In this document: one piece after another, positions 63,074 through 64,000 of the stretch
Layout: each line of letters begins with the position of its first letter
How positions within the stretch are numbered: the stretch's first letter is position 1
Origin: Terriglobia bacterium
Lineage (GTDB): Bacteria > Acidobacteriota > Terriglobia > 2-12-FULL-54-10
Direction: 5' to 3'
Assembly: GCA_963666975.2 (NCBI GenBank)
Contig: CAXVYR010000002.1
Coordinates: 192,001 to 256,000 of the forward strand
Length of the DNA stretch: 64,000 nt
Position numbers and translations under genes: made by a program
The notes under the pieces: model-generated
The model's input: only the letters and a program-made list of their open reading frames with translations
Told to the model about the DNA's origin: nothing
Databases searched by the model: none

Positions 63074-63697
63074 TTATGATGCCAGGCATTGCTTGTAAAT
63101 CGCCTTGTAAGGAAGCCTAAATAGAAACCCCAGCAGCGCCTTCGCCAGCCGGTCCGGATGGAAACGAATCTCCATTTGCAGAGCATTCTCTCCGGTGAAA
63201 TTGACGAAGATGCCGGCTCCGGGACCCCAATCTCTTTGAGCCAGGACACCCGCCAGCATGCCGTTCAAGGCTGGATCGGGCAGCGAAAGACTGCCGCGCC
63301 ACCGCGCTAGCTCTACCGAGCGCAGGAGACCATCCAGAAGGCTCCGGAGTTGAGGAACCAGAGCGCGGCGAATCGCGGAGTCCCGGAAACAACCGCGCAG
63401 CAGCCGAACCACAAAGGGTGCATGCCGCCTCCGCCGCCCTCGAGGCCGGACCGCGGCTCTTTTGCGCTCTTTCCTTCGCCGTGGAGCGGCGAGCGGGATG
63501 GGCATTCCGGCAAGCAACAGTTGCCGGCTGCCTTTGGCCCAGGGCAGCGGGCGAAGATAGGTCAGCAGGACCAGCCAACGAATCCCCATCTGACCGCTTG
63601 CGGTATCCACCGTCACAACCACCGGGCTGCGAAGCAACAGGATGAACCCGCCTGCTGCGACGACCAGAGCTGCCAATGCGATCCACACGAGAAGCAT
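63074..63697 (-). CDS. DUF2953-like membrane protein (usual GerW/YtfJ partner)
   Basis: N-terminal TM helix, basic stretch, DPA.NG.LAG, VNFTGE; adjacent to the GerW-like gene. Confidence 0.65.
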   Translation of the reverse strand: MLLVWIALAALVVAAGGFILLLRSPVVVTVDTASGQMGIRWLVLLTYLRPLPWAKGSRQLLLAGMPIPLAAPRRRKERKRAAVRPRGRRRRHAPFVVRLLRGCFRDSAIRRALVPQLRSLLDGLLRSVELARWRGSLSLPDPALNGMLAGVLAQRDWGPGAGIFVNFTGENALQMEIRFHPDRLAKALLGFLFRLPYKAIYKQCLAS

Positions 63698-63852
63698 CTA
63701 ACTCCTGGAAACATCTTACTCTTGTTGGAGGCGGAGGATGGGCCGGGAAAAATATTATCTCGCCGCAGAGAATCCCGGACCGCCTATCGCTTGACGGATT
63801 GCGCGTCTAATCGCACCTCATCATCATCATCGCATAACAAGCCGGCTGCCCG

Positions 63853-63999
63853 CTAGGAGTGACATGTCCCCAGCGCTGACAGGAACCGCCTGGCTCGGTC
63901 TTCGATGTCGGCGGCCTGCAGCAGGTCCCCGATGACCGCCACCGCATTGGCCCCCGCCTGCAGAACTGCAGGCGCATTTTCGAGCGTAATGCCGCCAAT
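63853..63999 (-). CDS. thiE: thiamine-phosphate synthase, C-terminal part (runs off window end)
   Basis: Manual translation IGGITLENAPAVLQAGANAVAVIGDLL. Confidence 0.85.
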   Translation of the reverse strand: MGGITLENAPAVLQAGANAVAVIGDLLQAADIEDRARRFLSALGTCHS

Positions 64000-64000
64000 C

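Overview
GC-rich bacterial chromosome segment. Its gene content (carboxypeptidase-domain TonB-dependent receptors, MacAB-like ABC system, LptD/BamD, RomR-like regulator) suggests Acidobacteriota, though this is inference. The backbone is housekeeping: lpdA'-lipB-sucB, tilS-hpt-ftsH-folP, recG, bamD, rpe, lptD, hemB, ligA, rplM-rpsI-rpsB-tsf-pyrH-frr, an ABC efflux operon and 'thiE. It is interrupted by an intact IS256, a decayed island after tRNA-Lys (TIR protein plus gene and IS fragments), and an island after tRNA-Glu (IS630, TBDR plus two secreted amidohydrolases, an alphaCTD-sigma4 protein, IS1202/ISNCY-like IS, DUF2971-like gene). The most notable feature is a 3.08-kb IS1-family 'transporter' element (34903-37980, 26-bp TIRs, 8-bp TSD). 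It carries a 101-nt tRNA with a tRNA-Ser-type body but a Tyr (GTA) anticodon in the structured leader of its transposase. This is divergently transcribed from a RelE/HigB-like toxin, an XRE antitoxin with a long tail and a DUF3467-like gene, with twin palindromic operators covering both predicted promoters.
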